NCBI RefSeq assembly: GCF_031769215.1 | Contig: NW_026782366.1 | Span: 124,001-188,000, forward strand | DNA from: Ylistrum balloti | Taxonomy: Eukaryota | DNA: 64,000 nucleotides | Direction of reading: 5' to 3' | Shown: one piece after another, positions 13,796 through 26,577 of the stretch | Position numbering within the stretch: the first letter of the stretch is position 1 | Layout: each line of letters begins with the position of its first letter | Notes under the pieces: model-generated | Databases searched by the model: none | Seen by the model: only the letters and a program-made list of their open reading frames with translations | What the model was told of the DNA's origin: nothing | Position numbers and translations under genes: made by a program

Positions 13796-14078
13796 CCAGG
13801 GGTTACGATCACTTTCATTCTCTCCGCCCCTGGAACATGTCATAGCACAACTGAGGCTCAAGTGAAGTAATTTGATTAGTATAGAGTGGGTTTCTGGAGA
13901 AAAAACTGACCAATCACAAATTAATATGGTTCAAACTTCAAAGCCAGTACAACATACCGTTATACGACTTAAAGATTCGCCTCATGTACGGCAAATGCAC
14001 AATGTATTGCATGCACATGGACCTTTCAGTTTACGCTATAATTTTTCATGGGAGCAGTAAACGATAGTGATCCCCTGG
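13796..14078. mobile_element. Possible MITE
   Basis: Imperfect terminal inverted repeats CCAGGGG(TTAC)GATCACTTTCAT and ACGATAGTGATCCCCTGG; no clear target-site duplication. Confidence 0.4.
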
Positions 14079-14689
14079 AGTATCGAGGGCGGGTGTAGAG
14101 TTTGCATGCAGTGAAGTGGAGAGTCAAATGATATCCAACTTTGGCCATTATTACACATAATTCGAGCGATTCTGTAATACAGAGATCATAGTTTATACTA
14201 ACGGCTCTAGACCATTTGAGAAATCAGACTGACGAATGTCATTAATGCATTTCTATACATATTTAATGAGGGCGTTGATAGACAAATGCATTTAAATGCA
14301 CAGCCATGACCCATGGACGTGCGCGGAATAACTTCATCAAACTGACTTAATCAATTTTGTTCAAGTCAGCGCATGGCACAACAGCAGTCAGAGTGTGACC
14401 CAAGCCTCGTGTATCTGCGAATGCTATTTGATTACTCCTTTAAATTGCACGTTAAGTCCACGTTGAGTTTAAGTTGTAAATGAATCAATGTTAATGATAT
14501 CTCGTTCAGTATTGAAGATGTACTGTAGTCTTTTCCCAAACAGATACATTGAAAGTGTACTTACTTGTCAGTCTTGATGACAAAGTATTATACGATCTAT
14601 GTCATAAATATTAGGATCTGTAATGCTTACAATATAGTAGGTAAGTCAGTAGCTGTTGGGTTCCCACCAAGATAAATATGTAACAAAGG

Positions 14690-14790
14690 ACAGTATTATT
14701 CAATGCCTCATCTAGGATTCAAATCCGAGACCTCTGGTTTACTGGTCCACCGATCGAGCTAAAGAGAAGTTCTACTTAAACAAAGAAATG
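14690..14790 (-). mobile_element. tRNA-derived SINE fragment
   Basis: Reverse complement reads AGCTCGATCGGTGGACCAGTAAACCAGAGGTCTCGGATTTGAATCC (A-box and B-box like); homologous to about 18405-18480 and about 31655-31720. Confidence 0.55.
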
Positions 14791-15055
14791 TCATAAGCTC
14801 TTGACTATGTTCACAGGTAGATGATATTCCACAAATCGTACTAGAAACTGCCTCCTGAACCTCTATAAACTGATATCATTAATAAAACACCTTTCAGTAT
14901 ATTTAGCATTAGAAAATTAATTTTCGCTGATCCCATGCTAATATGACGAAACCGTCAGGCGTTCACTTTATGATGGTCAAATACTGTTTTTACTGTAATT
15001 ATTTTAAATTTTTAAGTCTATTCTGTCACTGAAATCAATTTAATAATGTCTCTGA

Positions 15056-15058
<3 letters not shown>

Positions 15059-15096
<38 letters not shown>

Positions 15097-15106
15097 AAAA
15101 AAAAAA
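15059..15106. repeat. C28 homopolymer fused to A20 homopolymer
   Basis: Direct count: C at 15059-15086, A at 15087-15106. Confidence 0.95.
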
Positions 15107-16155
15107 TGGTCTTATTTTTTAAAGTTGTGCTGTTCCTATGAGTGGTGAAGTACAAATATGCACCATTCTCATGTATTTACACTAAACTGTTTGTTATTTC
15201 ATAAGAGTTATTTCCCTTGTCCTCCCGTGTAGATCCACTTCTGTGTTGAGTGAATACTATGTTGAATGCATATTAACGACAAAAAATGTCAACCATATTA
15301 CGTGTTTTTTCAAGCAATCTATGTAAACCTATATTAGTCAATATGGTGATAATATCAAAAAAGTTTCCCAGAAAATGAACTGTCAAGGCGGTGTTACCAT
15401 AGATTACACCCTCTAAAAAATGACCCTAGCAGTCACTAACAGCAATAATTTGTGCGTTCAAATATTCTTCATATTTGTTTTGGTTTAATTGCATACATGT
15501 TTTGAATTACCTTGCACAACTGACTTCCCGCTAGCAGGATATTTCCACTGACTTCCATGCCAATTTTACATATGTAATAATTTTTTTTTGTAGGATCCAT
15601 CGAACAATATATATCTAGTGTCTTTTGTTTCATGTATATGGTCGCCTATAGTGTGTCTTGTTCTTTTAAGAATCGTGACAAACTCAGCTTTGTACATTAT
15701 ATACATGTTTATATACGCGGGTAATCTTATATACATAGATCATAGCATCCGATATAACTACAATGTATTACAATTCCATTACGCAGGGCCTAACCAATTT
15801 ACAGAGCCATCTTAGGTAGCACTTATATGTTATTAAACATAAAAATGCTTTCTTCCAAATACGTCTAAAAGTGTCTATACGTCTACGAAGCATGCTTTTC
15901 CTACCGTAATTAAGTTAAAGGATATCGCATATCATTCTAATTAGTATGTGTGGCATTTCATACAAGCGTGGCTTTTATTTCAATTAAATTACAATGGACT
16001 TTCAGCACACGGGTAGCTCGATTTAACCTCTGAGAGATAGTGGGCCGTTTATACCAGGGACAGTTTTATGGTAGGACCGTATAGGTACTATCAAGTTGAT
16101 TTTCTATATACAAATCACAGCAATACGTGTCCTGTCGTTTTGTTTGTTTGTTACG

Positions 16156-18243
16156 ATGAAAGTGTTTGTGTACGGAACACTACAAAGAGGCCAGCCGAAC
16201 TCAAAGCTGTTTGACAACACAAAGGACGGCCATTACAAGTACTTGGGTGTTGGTGTAACCGTTAAAAAGTATCCGCTGGTGATAGCCTCAATGTTCAATA
16301 TACCGTTCATGTTGCCCGTTGAAGGAAGCGGCAATGTAAGTATGCTTTATACCAATCGAATTCGACGCTCAGCAGGAGAAGATTTTATTTTTTTATTACT
16401 GTTTTGTTATATCCAATCATATATCATTCCTTTTTACTTCTCTCACATAGTCGTTTAACAACTCTCCGTGAGTTTGCCCAATTTTTTTAAACCGACATTA
16501 TTGAAGAAATATATCCCCCCTTTTTTTATTTTATTTATTATTATTTTTTTTTTCAAACCAAGTGATCGACGTAGCTGGTATTCACGTGGTATGGGTATGT
16601 GTGCTATCCGGCTTGACCGAAAAATACATAGTTCGAAACACTCCAAGGGCAGGGTGTTTTTCATTGCTCTTTCTTATTACAGATATAGCACCGTTGACGT
16701 AAGGTTAGTAACTATATAAGATTGAGATCCCTTTTTTGGAGATATTGAACCAGGGTTGTTGTCTTTGGGTCCAAGGACTTTGTGGAGGAGGGATTGATAG
16801 TAGATGAGAGTACAGGTCACCTCGCTAGGATCGGTTACTGGGGATTATCATGTAGTCAAGCCACGGACTTACATGAAAAAGAATGTCCGGCTGACGACTG
16901 AGGATCACTAGCTCGAATCTCAACAAGGACAGTAGGGTGTTTTTTTCTTTCATATTACAAATAAACTGGCAGCGACGTCGCGATCTTTATGTGGAGTATA
17001 TAATTCAGTGTCCTTGGTTGCGATTTTCAGTCATCGCCATTTCTATGAGAGATGTCATTTGTCGTTGTTTAAATAACACTTATTTCTAATTAGTTTATCT
17101 CGTGACATTGCCATGCAACGTTCATTTTTCTTTTATTTAACTGAAGTTTGAACCCATCTAATCTCCCTTATCTCCTTTTACACTGCATGTGTGTACCGTC
17201 AGTCACTGAGTAACCTACATACATAAAAGTTTATCAAACGCTTGACCCATGGGTGAACCTTCGAGTGCGATTCTTTTTTTTTTTTTTTTTTATCTTGTTT
17301 GGGATTTGGACACTTCTTAACTGGAAGTGTGTTTATATAACCAATGCGGTATAACCTACATTTTCATTTGATCTCTTCATAGATTTGTGTCGGGGAAATA
17401 TACCAGCTTTGCATGGACATATTAGAAATCGTTGTCAGCTGATATTTCGTCAGTTCTCAGATTTGAAATAACTGATCACAGACAGACCTAAATCTTTGTT
17501 TTAAAGTTTTGCATCAGGTGTTGGCCATTATCAAGTATCAGTATAATTGTCAATTTCTTCCATATGGTACTTCTACATAAATTTTAAAAGTTGCTGAATT
17601 GTTGACACAAAACATTTTTAATTCGTTGCGTGATCATAATACACATTGCCTCACGTATTCACTAATATTCAAGCTCGTATTTCTTGTTCACTCGAAGTAA
17701 TCGTAATCGTAACATTTTCGAAATTTCCAGCATTCTTCAGAAATAAGTTTCCAATAAGTTGTAATCGACGTAACAATAAGCTATATGCTGTGATGATCGT
17801 TGTAATCAAGCTTCTGTGTATTAGCCACCAGTCTCCATGAAAATAAGATTTGACAATTAGCAGGAAGCGTTGTCGTTCTGTTAACGTACTTTGTACAATT
17901 TTGAAAGTATTAAATTTTAGGTTCATGTTTCTCTTCGCTGCAGAATATCAGAGGAGAAGTGTACGAAGTGGACGAGCGGATGCTGGAAGCTTTGGACGGA
18001 CTTGAGCGTCATCCAGTCTTTTACCGTCGCGAGATGATTCCTGTCACGTGTGAGGATGGCTGTGTTGTAGAGTGCGGCTGTTATCTCTTGTTTGACTTCC
18101 GGAAGGAACTGTTGGAACTTCAGTTCTATGACTCTTATGACTCCAACGGATCTCATAATCTACCATACGTTCTGAGGAGCGAGAGGAAAACAAACGATAA
18201 GGATGGTATTTCGACTGTGATGTCATTGGTGAAGAATATATAA
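16156..18243 (+). CDS. GGACT: Gamma-glutamylaminecyclotransferase-like, copy 2 (2 coding exons, 159 aa)
   Basis: Exons 16156-16335 and 17944-18243. Motifs VFVYGTLQRGQPN, GEVYEVDERMLEALDGLERHP and YDSYDSNGSH. Same intron position as copy 1. Confidence 0.93.
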
Positions 18244-18399
18244 AATAATTGAATTCCAAATTGTTTCACTGCCTAGTATATGACAGAATTGTGTCTACAA
18301 ACAGTTGAATAGCGTTAGCGAGGCAGGTCATAATTACCGACCATTTTTTGATAAGACTATATTTTGTATACAGAATTCATGGCAAATACACACTTCACC

Positions 18400-18490
18400 T
18401 TCTAGAAAAGGATTCGAACCCTGGACCTCAAGCTTACTAGTATTTTGCTTATCTAATCGAGGTTTTTAGAGAAGATCTCTCTAAGCTAGC
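18400..18490 (-). mobile_element. tRNA-derived SINE fragment
   Basis: GGATTCGAACCCTGGACCTC is a reverse B-box; shares ATCGAG....AGAGAAG with the 14.7-kb copy. Confidence 0.55.
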
Positions 18491-18815
18491 CGAGCAGTGT
18501 ATTGCGGCGAGTATTTACCAAGGGTACTCATTCCCCCTCCTGTAAAGAACCTGTTTTTGAGTTTACATGTCTTACATCGATAAGTATGATGTATGGCTAG
18601 GTATTATTTTCAAATAAGTATTTATTTCAATACCATCACAAGGATTCCTGACCATGTTCGTTAATCTTACGCTAAACTACAGTATTCTACACGTAAAAAT
18701 CAAAGTATCGAAAGATATTGTGGGAAACGGAGATTTCTGGTGATTGTACACACAAGTGAATAGCACCTTTTCATGATTTAGAGTTGGATACAGTCGAGTC
18801 AAACAACGAAATAAA

Positions 18816-18866
18816 CTGAACTCTACAGCTGTTTCATCCTCCTAGGTTTGTAAGTGGTATTCAGAG
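18816..18866 (-). ncRNA. Degenerate minimal type-I hammerhead ribozyme, copy A (core mutated)
   Basis: Minus strand reads ATACCA-CTTACAA-ACCTAGGAGGAT-GAAA-CAGCTG-TA. The GAAA, palindromic stem III and GUA triplet are intact; CUGANGA is decayed. The upstream flank is homologous to copies B and C. Confidence 0.45.
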
Positions 18867-19804
18867 CCTCAATTTTGAAGCCTAGGAGGCGACCGAGGAA
18901 AAATATAGTGATCGAAAGAATGTCAAAACTTTGGGCCGGTTTCCAAAACGGCCCCTTCTCTGATTCAAATTTCCTGTTGGTGGTACATTGCCCATGCCGT
19001 TGTGGTCACAAATCTATAAAGTATTAAGATTTAGGTCTCTTGGTTTGTTTTTTATGGCTCTTCAAAGTTGTACCTTTCAGAAGCTGTCTAAGTGTTGATA
19101 AAATGTGCATGTTATGTAAAATATTAATGAAAATCTAATCAAATGATAGTCACCGTAAAGAATACATTCATGGCATATTATTGTGACAAAAAATCATGTT
19201 TCCATCGCGCCATTTGGCTGTTTTATGGAAGAAACAATCTCAAAAATGCCATTTTCGATGATAACATTTTAGACACAAAACTGTGTTTTTTAGAGAATAC
19301 ACCCTTTTATGGGCGTTGGATGCAAACCAATTTTTATCCTATTAAATAGTACGTAATATGCTATTGATGAGAGGAAAAATCATCAAAATGTAAGTGGTGG
19401 AACATTTTCAAATGTTGGGTTGAATTAGCTTATGGTTGAATTGCCGATTTTCGACTTTCTTTAGATAATTAACAAAAAAATGAGAGTATTTGCTCGGTAT
19501 GTTGAGAATATGTACACAGATATGAAAAAAAGTGAGAGAAACACTTTTTCATAAAAAAAATCCAAGATGGCTACTTCGCAAGTCCCCGTGATTGAAGATA
19601 TTGGCTGACAAATAGACAGAACAACAAACAAAACGTGTTCCTTATGATTTTGGTTGGTTTTCACATTTACGAGAGTGTTCATAGCTACGGGCGATTGTAT
19701 AATACCTATATTTATAAGTTTGGTTAGTCACATGATAACGGGGATCTTTCATATCGAGCCCCAAACATACTTTCGACATATACACTCCGTTGCCGCATGG
19801 AAAA

Positions 19805-20195
19805 CTATTTCAAGTTTTGTCGGAATTTCTTTACCTGTGGTTGTAATGGTCCAGGGTTTTCCAGCGTCCTGTAATACCCAAGGTAGTACAAGATACTGGA
19901 GATGTGCGCACACATTCCCATCGTCCTCTCTCCAACTGGGCACTGGCAGTAGTAGTCCTTTATTGGGGCCTCAACATCGGGTGAAACGGTGAACCGTATC
20001 CAAACGATATATCGTTTGGCTTTTGTGTCGAGAATGTATTTGACATCGGAGAAGGTCTGGAGAGTGCTGGTAAAGCCACACCTCATGGTCGCCGTCATCA
20101 CTTAAATGTTCGGCGATGTAACCAGGAGCCAGAGATATCTGATAGTTCCACACGTAATGGTTCTCAAGTAATCAAGATCGAGACGAGGAAACAGT
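19805..20195 (-). mobile_element. Frameshifted 3' fragment of a SWIM-finger DNA transposase (ISL2EU/IS4EU-like, PHIS group)
   Basis: Across two 1-nt frameshifts it reads FPRLDLDYLRTITCG/TYQISLAPGYIAEHL...DLLRCQIHSRHKS/AKRYIVWIRF...YYCQCPVGERTMGMCAHISSILYYLG, containing a CxC..CxH SWIM motif. The superfamily assignment is from memory. Confidence 0.7.
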
Positions 20196-21679
20196 ACTTT
20201 ATTTTATTTTTTTTACACATCATAAAACTGTCATGAGAATATCCGCTCTGATATTCAATATAAAAGTTTGTATATAATAAGCTATATAATAGGGGTTCAG
20301 ACAAGGTTGTTACTCATTTCCCCTTTTCTTTCAATTTACAACCACATTCAGGCGGCGATATGATATTCCACATGGAATTAGGTGATTTTTGGTACACATA
20401 TGAAACAAGTAAAGCTCTATCCGATATTCTGATGGAAATTTGCATCCAAAACTACATAACGGGAGAAAATTGCAAATTTATGGCATTTTTTTCATAATTG
20501 TGTCTCTGCAAGTGCATTTTCATCCGAGAATATTTTTTTTATGTTTTATGAATAAACACGATGTTTTGGAAATATTTACCAAAAGAAATTTATACTATAT
20601 TGCGAATTACAATTTCGAGATAACCTTCTTTTATTTACGAACTTATGTCTTTGATGCTGAAATTGACAACTTTATAAAAATACATTTTCACTGAAATTAT
20701 GAAATCTGGTTGTCGGAAAGGTGTAAAATTATTTTTCGGAAAAGAAAAAAACAGTAGTTGAGCTAGATAAGAAATTATACGGGGGCAGGCTCCTATGGAG
20801 AATTAACATTACTGGAAACAGGCCCTTTAGACTGGGAGGTACAGCAGCCCCATAGTTAGATAAACATTCTGATCACATCCATCTGTAATAGTATCATGGT
20901 ACTGGGTTCATAGTTACATATCGTTCTTTACTGTATCACGGCACTCGGATATACAATCAAACTTATGAAAAAATTAGAAATCTTCAGGAAAATAACATTT
21001 TGTCATATTTCAATATTTGTTCTCAATAACGATGAAAACAGTCAATTTCAGGATCAAATCAAATCGAAATTTTAGCATTATAATGTAAATGTTCGGAAAA
21101 GAAGTACTTCTTACGTGGCCAATCTCTCCAAAGGAACCAATCCAGACAGAGGACAACAAAACTGAATGAAGATTTAATAACTTGTGGTACTGTTTTGCCT
21201 TCTCGCTTTCTACGATTAGCTACTGGTGTTAAATGGTTTGTATCTTCCATGAATCTGTGATAAGCACGAAACAAAACGGAACATGTTCTGATTACACTGT
21301 TTTAATAACAGCTTGCCCCAGTTGTGAACTGACACAAATATTGTGATGATGATATATAAATCCGCGAGATCATCCTGTCTAGAAGATAATTTCATAAAAT
21401 TTAATGTACTCGTAAATATTAATATCCACACGTGTGTATGCTAAGTATGCTAATACTTTTATATATTATTTTTGAATCACCAATCAGTGCACAGATATGC
21501 TGTAGCCTTCGGTCATTCGTATTTTAAAAAAAAAACAGAAAGTTCTAAAAAATCTCTCGGGTTTATATGCTTTTACTGCTAAAGTGTTGTTGGGAATCCT
21601 AATCTATGCTTATTTAATCCTGGATATCCATAAATTTCTCTTTTTTTTTTTTTTTTTTTTTGTTACAATTGTTGACTCA

Positions 21680-21836
21680 CCGAAATTTAACCAATGCATA
21701 TTGCTTTTGACGATTTCATGGGGTGATGAATTGAGTCGCTCCTGAGTCAATATGAATTTTAAATTTGTTTCAAGAGCAACTCAATTTATCACCGCATTAA
21801 AACCGACAAAAGCAATATACAATGCTTATATTTCAG
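21680..21836. mobile_element. Fold-back (palindromic) MITE-like element
   Basis: Arms 21680-21745 and 21770-21836 are inverted copies at about 80% identity (about 13 differences in 67 nt) around a 24-nt spacer. Confidence 0.75.
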
Positions 21837-23322
21837 TAAAGACGGTTTGTTTTCAACATTTTAAATAAATTCAGGTCTGCAATTTTATTATTTTTAATGG
21901 ATTGTGTTAAAAAATGTAGTCCGACATTCTAAATCATAGGATGATCAAACTATATTACTCGGGCAAAATACGATTATGCGACACATTAAAAATACAAAAC
22001 AACATAATTAAATTTCGGTAATTGACTTTGTCAACATTTTTCAGAAATCATGAAAATTCTCCGACAGCTGAACAGAAGAATAGTGTTTATACTGAGCATT
22101 GCGATTGCCTCCAGCTTCGCTTAAGAACTAGGCGACAGCAATATCTAAATAGTCATGTAGTGTGTTTTGTGACTATTCTCAGTAGCGTAGCCTTAGTATC
22201 CATAGCATCCAGAAATGAAGTCAAGAAGCAGTTGTGTATTAAAAATCACTCAGTGAACACGCTTGGTCTTGTTGGAGATTTCCATTTTCAGGCAGTGGCA
22301 GGTTTAAAAAATGTGGTAATATTTGCAAGGTCTCCGCAAATATCAAAACATGGAAAACAAATATGTTCTGCTAAAAATCACCATAATGTCATATTTGTAC
22401 ATATTGATACCACTTCTACTGATAGAAACACTTAACTTCCAAATGGAATATCATATATCAAATGTTAAATCAGTATATTTAAATTTCGATTTGAAATCAC
22501 GTTTTTGCCTCTTAATTTGAAGTGGACTTCGACCAATAGTCTTCAAGCTTTATCATCAGAAGTAATGTTAATATGTTGATGTTGGCATAGATTATGAAAT
22601 ATTTGTTGACATTTCAGCAAAAAGTCTTCTCGACTTCATTTTACCCGATAATTGTTTTCTTCAAGTTAGTCTATGAATGACATTGGACATCCAAGGTGGT
22701 TGCTATCATTTTTTTCTCTGAAAAGAACTATCACGATCAGTCCATGTGAACATAGGGGTTCTGAGTCACTAACTAATCAAATCCAATTTCACCCAAGGAT
22801 GCTTCTGACTAACATCAGTCAAAATACACAAACATGTATGTGTAAACAGAAGAATTTACTATATTTCCCAAATTAGGCCATGTCCCCATTCTGCGATTCT
22901 TCATTCTCGTTCATCCTCATTCAGACCAAAATTGAAAAGAACCAGGTATTCCAACACAAGAAAGATTTTAAAATTTTGACAATTGCATGTCTTTCCTACA
23001 TAAGAAGAAGGATTTTACCAAATTTCTCCTTTTCGACAACCCACCCCTTTGTACATTTTTAAATCTCCTCCACTCCGGGATGATAGTAGCCCAGTATGAG
23101 TGATAATGTGTTTACCAATCCATACCGTGGTTCATTAAAAATCAATATTGTCAAATTTCCCACTTTTTGTACCGCCCTTGAGTCCCCTGAAGGGTAACTC
23201 CTACCATCTGTACAGACTGGAATCCCTACCTCCTGATGATGAGTGATCACGTGATCCACGATGATGGTATCTTGATGAATCGCCTGCGTAATTGGCTTAT
23301 TAACCGCTAAATTTGATGACAC

Positions 23323-23504
23323 GGTCACCTAAATCTCCCTACATTTCAGATCGCGAGGAAACGCGAAACATTTGAAGTGAACTGGGTTAATTTGTAGGTA
23401 TGCTTCCTGTCAAAATTTTAAAAGGTTATTTAAGAAATTGTTAATGTACGGACGACAGACGCCAAGGTATGGAATAAGTTCAATTCGGACCAAGTGACCT
23501 AAAA
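23323..23504 (+). mobile_element. Short HINE-like element or 3' remnant
   Basis: GGTCACCT (23323) / AGTGACC-TAAAA (about 23493-23504) subterminal inverted repeat, with GACGACAGACG before the end. A related central-repeat unit lies at about 22880-23060. Confidence 0.45.
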
Positions 23505-24119
23505 CTCCTCGGTGGCCAATGTCTAAAACAACCCGTTCTCTCTTAACTTTTATTGATATCCCCACTTTCGATTACATAAGTAGTCCGGAGGGTTCTGAAT
23601 TTATACACGATTTTATTTGTGTCTTTTTCGCAGGCGAAAGTCAGAATACCTCCCTACATCAAAACACCCGATTCTGAATAGTGGAGGTCATAGTAGATAT
23701 GCTTGAAAGTAAAGTTGTTTTGGAAAAATTGTGTGGAAATACTTGGTTGATAACATTCATTAGCTTTGACACAAATGCAAGTAAGAAGAACAGTGTTTTT
23801 TCCTTCCATCAATGTATGATTTATAAAAACATTGCCTGAATGCCGACCTTTGCTGGAATCGTTGGAATTTGACGTTCAGGTCCATCGACAATATGCATAC
23901 AATGTCAATGGTCATCAGTGTTAACAAATTACCGCGAAATAACCAGACTTGATACGTATAATCTTAGGATACTTTCTGGCAAGATGAATCTCAGTGGTCT
24001 CAAAGGTTTAAGATTGGTGTTGCCAATTTCAGGAAAGGATGATTGTGCACTCATGTAACAAAATGGCCGCCATGACTGTCATGTCGAAGTTTTGACGAAA
24101 TTTTAAAATTTAAGATTTA

Positions 24120-25075
24120 AAAACACACATCTCACACCTCGTTCAATGTCTCACACATCATCCTCTATAGTTCATACATCTCATCCCCCACACACCTCAA
24201 CCAATATGTCTTGTATCAATCACCTCGTACATATCATCCTAAATATCTTGTACCTTATTCCATAGTTCTCATATATCACCTCCTGCTTCATACAACTCAC
24301 CTACACGTCTCGCACCTTAATCCACACGACCATCCGCGACTCTTACCGCTCATCTAAAACATCTCATATCTCATCTTATCTTTCTCATAAGTAACCTCTT
24401 ACTTTATATATATCAACCAACAAATCTCATACCTTGCCATATCTCTCATACTTCACCTCCTACTTCACACGATTCATCCCATCCATCCCATACCTCAACC
24501 CTGTATCTTCACCCCACGACTCTCACACCTCATTCAATACATCTCACACCTCACCCTATCTTTCTCATACATCAACCTTTTTTATAAATCTCACCACACA
24601 CACTTAACCAAAGAATCTTGCACCTTCTCCCGTACCTCTTGTACGTCACCCCCTATTTCATACATTCCACCTCATATCTGTGAAACATCACCTTCCAACT
24701 CATGCATCTCATCCCACACATCTTACATTCATCACCAATGTTATACATCTCTACCTAAATATCTCTCACTTCATCCAATACATCTCACACTTCATCCAAT
24801 ACTTCTCACACCTCATCCAATACATCTCACACCTCACCCTATTTCTCTTACACATCACCCTTGACTAATGTATCTCATCAAACCAGCTCGCCCAATTCCA
24901 TTATAACACCATTCCATAGTCCTACACCTTACCAGATATCCCTCCCATATCTCACATATCTTTACACCCTACCTCAACACAGCTTTCCAGACCATACCTC
25001 TCAAACCTTACACAGTATCATCCGATACGTCTCATCTCATAACTCTCACACCTGATCTTGTACCATACTTCTCAT
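24120..25075. repeat. G-poor low-complexity tract with decayed ~180-bp periodicity
   Basis: CATCTCACACCTCACCCTATCTTTCTCATAC-like blocks at about 24360, 24540 and 24820; the plus strand is strongly depleted in G. Confidence 0.75.
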
Positions 25076-25679
25076 AGCCGTTCTTAGGGTTCATGACTTA
25101 CCTCCTTGGGATTTTATTTTCGTTTTGGTCCTGGTTTCTAGAATTTCTCCCTAAATAAAAACATAGGATTTGAGCGACCCATGCATGGTCAGTATTTAGG
25201 ATTGATATAAGTATGTTACAGCGGCTAAATGACTATTACTAAACGAAATGACAGAAATAACAAACATTTCTCAGCCAACTTACATAAAGATCAGAGTCAT
25301 TGACTGCCGTTTTACTAAATACAAAATCTCATTTCTTCTGACAACATTAATTACAAGATTTTGTCGCAGCGGCCAAACTGAGTTACGGTCCAGATCGTCT
25401 TAACTTTGACTCATTACTCCATTAAAAGCTTAAATAATTAACAATCTATTGATGGCGCTGACCCACTGCTGCTCTGATAAACTTGCGAAAAACATTTTCA
25501 TTAGAACTGCTCCCAATATAAAACTATCTAAAATTTTGATAACCCTTTTCGGCCACGTATTTGTTCTTTAAAAGTTGGATCTTTTCCTTCATTTTCCCGT
25601 CACTTCTCTATTAGCTCTTAATGATAAGAAATTTAAACATTCCTTTGCAGAAATAAAGGTAGTAATCTTTAACTGTCAA

Positions 25680-26471
25680 ATTCTAGATGTTGGTCTGGAA
25701 GCCATTTTGTTTTTCTTTTTAATCTTAAAATCGGAAGGACACAACTATGGATCAACGGAAACCTACAGCAGAAAAATTGAGAAAGATCCATCCAGTACTT
25801 CTCAAGGAACAGCGATAACAAACTTAACTCGGATCAGTACTAAAAAATGGTATAACTCGGGACAAAGGGGAACTTATATAGGCATCTAATACTTCTCAAA
25901 AAAAAAAGCTATAACAAATTGTCAAAGTCGAAATTCAAGATTGACGCATGTCGGCCGTTTTATTTTCTGATCAGTCCCAAAATCATACAGAAACAACTAG
26001 TGACCAAGGGGAACCTGCATATAAAATTTGAGAAAGATCTATGCAGCACTTTTCAAGAAATGGGTGACAACAAACTTTCAGTAAAATTACAAGATGGCCA
26101 CCTTTCTTTCATTTTGTTTTTCTCATCAGTCTCAAAATTGGAAGGTCCCAACTAGGGATCAAGAGGAACCTACATTGGAAATTTGAGAGAGATCTATCCA
26201 AAGCTTCTCAAGGAATAACGATAATAAACTTACCTCAGCAAAATCCAAGATGGCTGCTTGTTGGCCATTTTGTGTTCCTGATCAGACCCAAAATCAAACA
26301 GGCACAACAAGGGACTAAGGGAACCTACATATGAAATTGAAAAAAAAAATCTATCCAATGCTTTTCAAGAAGTGGTGATAACAAAAGTTGGTTATGGACG
26401 GACGGACAGACGATGTTTCATGGATATAGGCAATTTGAATAGCCCACCATCATCAGATGGTCGTCAAGAAA
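25680..26471 (+). mobile_element. HINE-like element carrying about 4 degenerate ~150-170-bp central repeats
   Basis: Units share AAGATGGC..., ATCAG.C.CAAAAT, GGAACCTACAT..AAATTTGAGAAAGATC. Ends with a GACG/GACA microsatellite and GCCCACCATCATCAGATGG. Confidence 0.65.
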
Positions 26472-26577
26472 TATGATTTGGCATTTGCATCTTGATAGTG
26501 CTTCATATTTTTGCTTTAACTATTCAATAATCACCAGCCCCTAGATATTGGTGAGCAAGCATTGCTTGAAAACTGAT

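Noticed and set aside
14290-14390. Possible structured RNA (CTGACTT...AAGTCAG stem with weak outer pairing)
   Set aside because: A 7-bp stem is expected by chance in 64 kb, and there are no family motifs or second copy.
22022-22435. 137-aa plus-strand ORF containing LVGDFHF, superficially like a LINE endonuclease GDFN motif
   Set aside because: It begins at TTG, lacks the other endonuclease motifs and has no adjacent RT.
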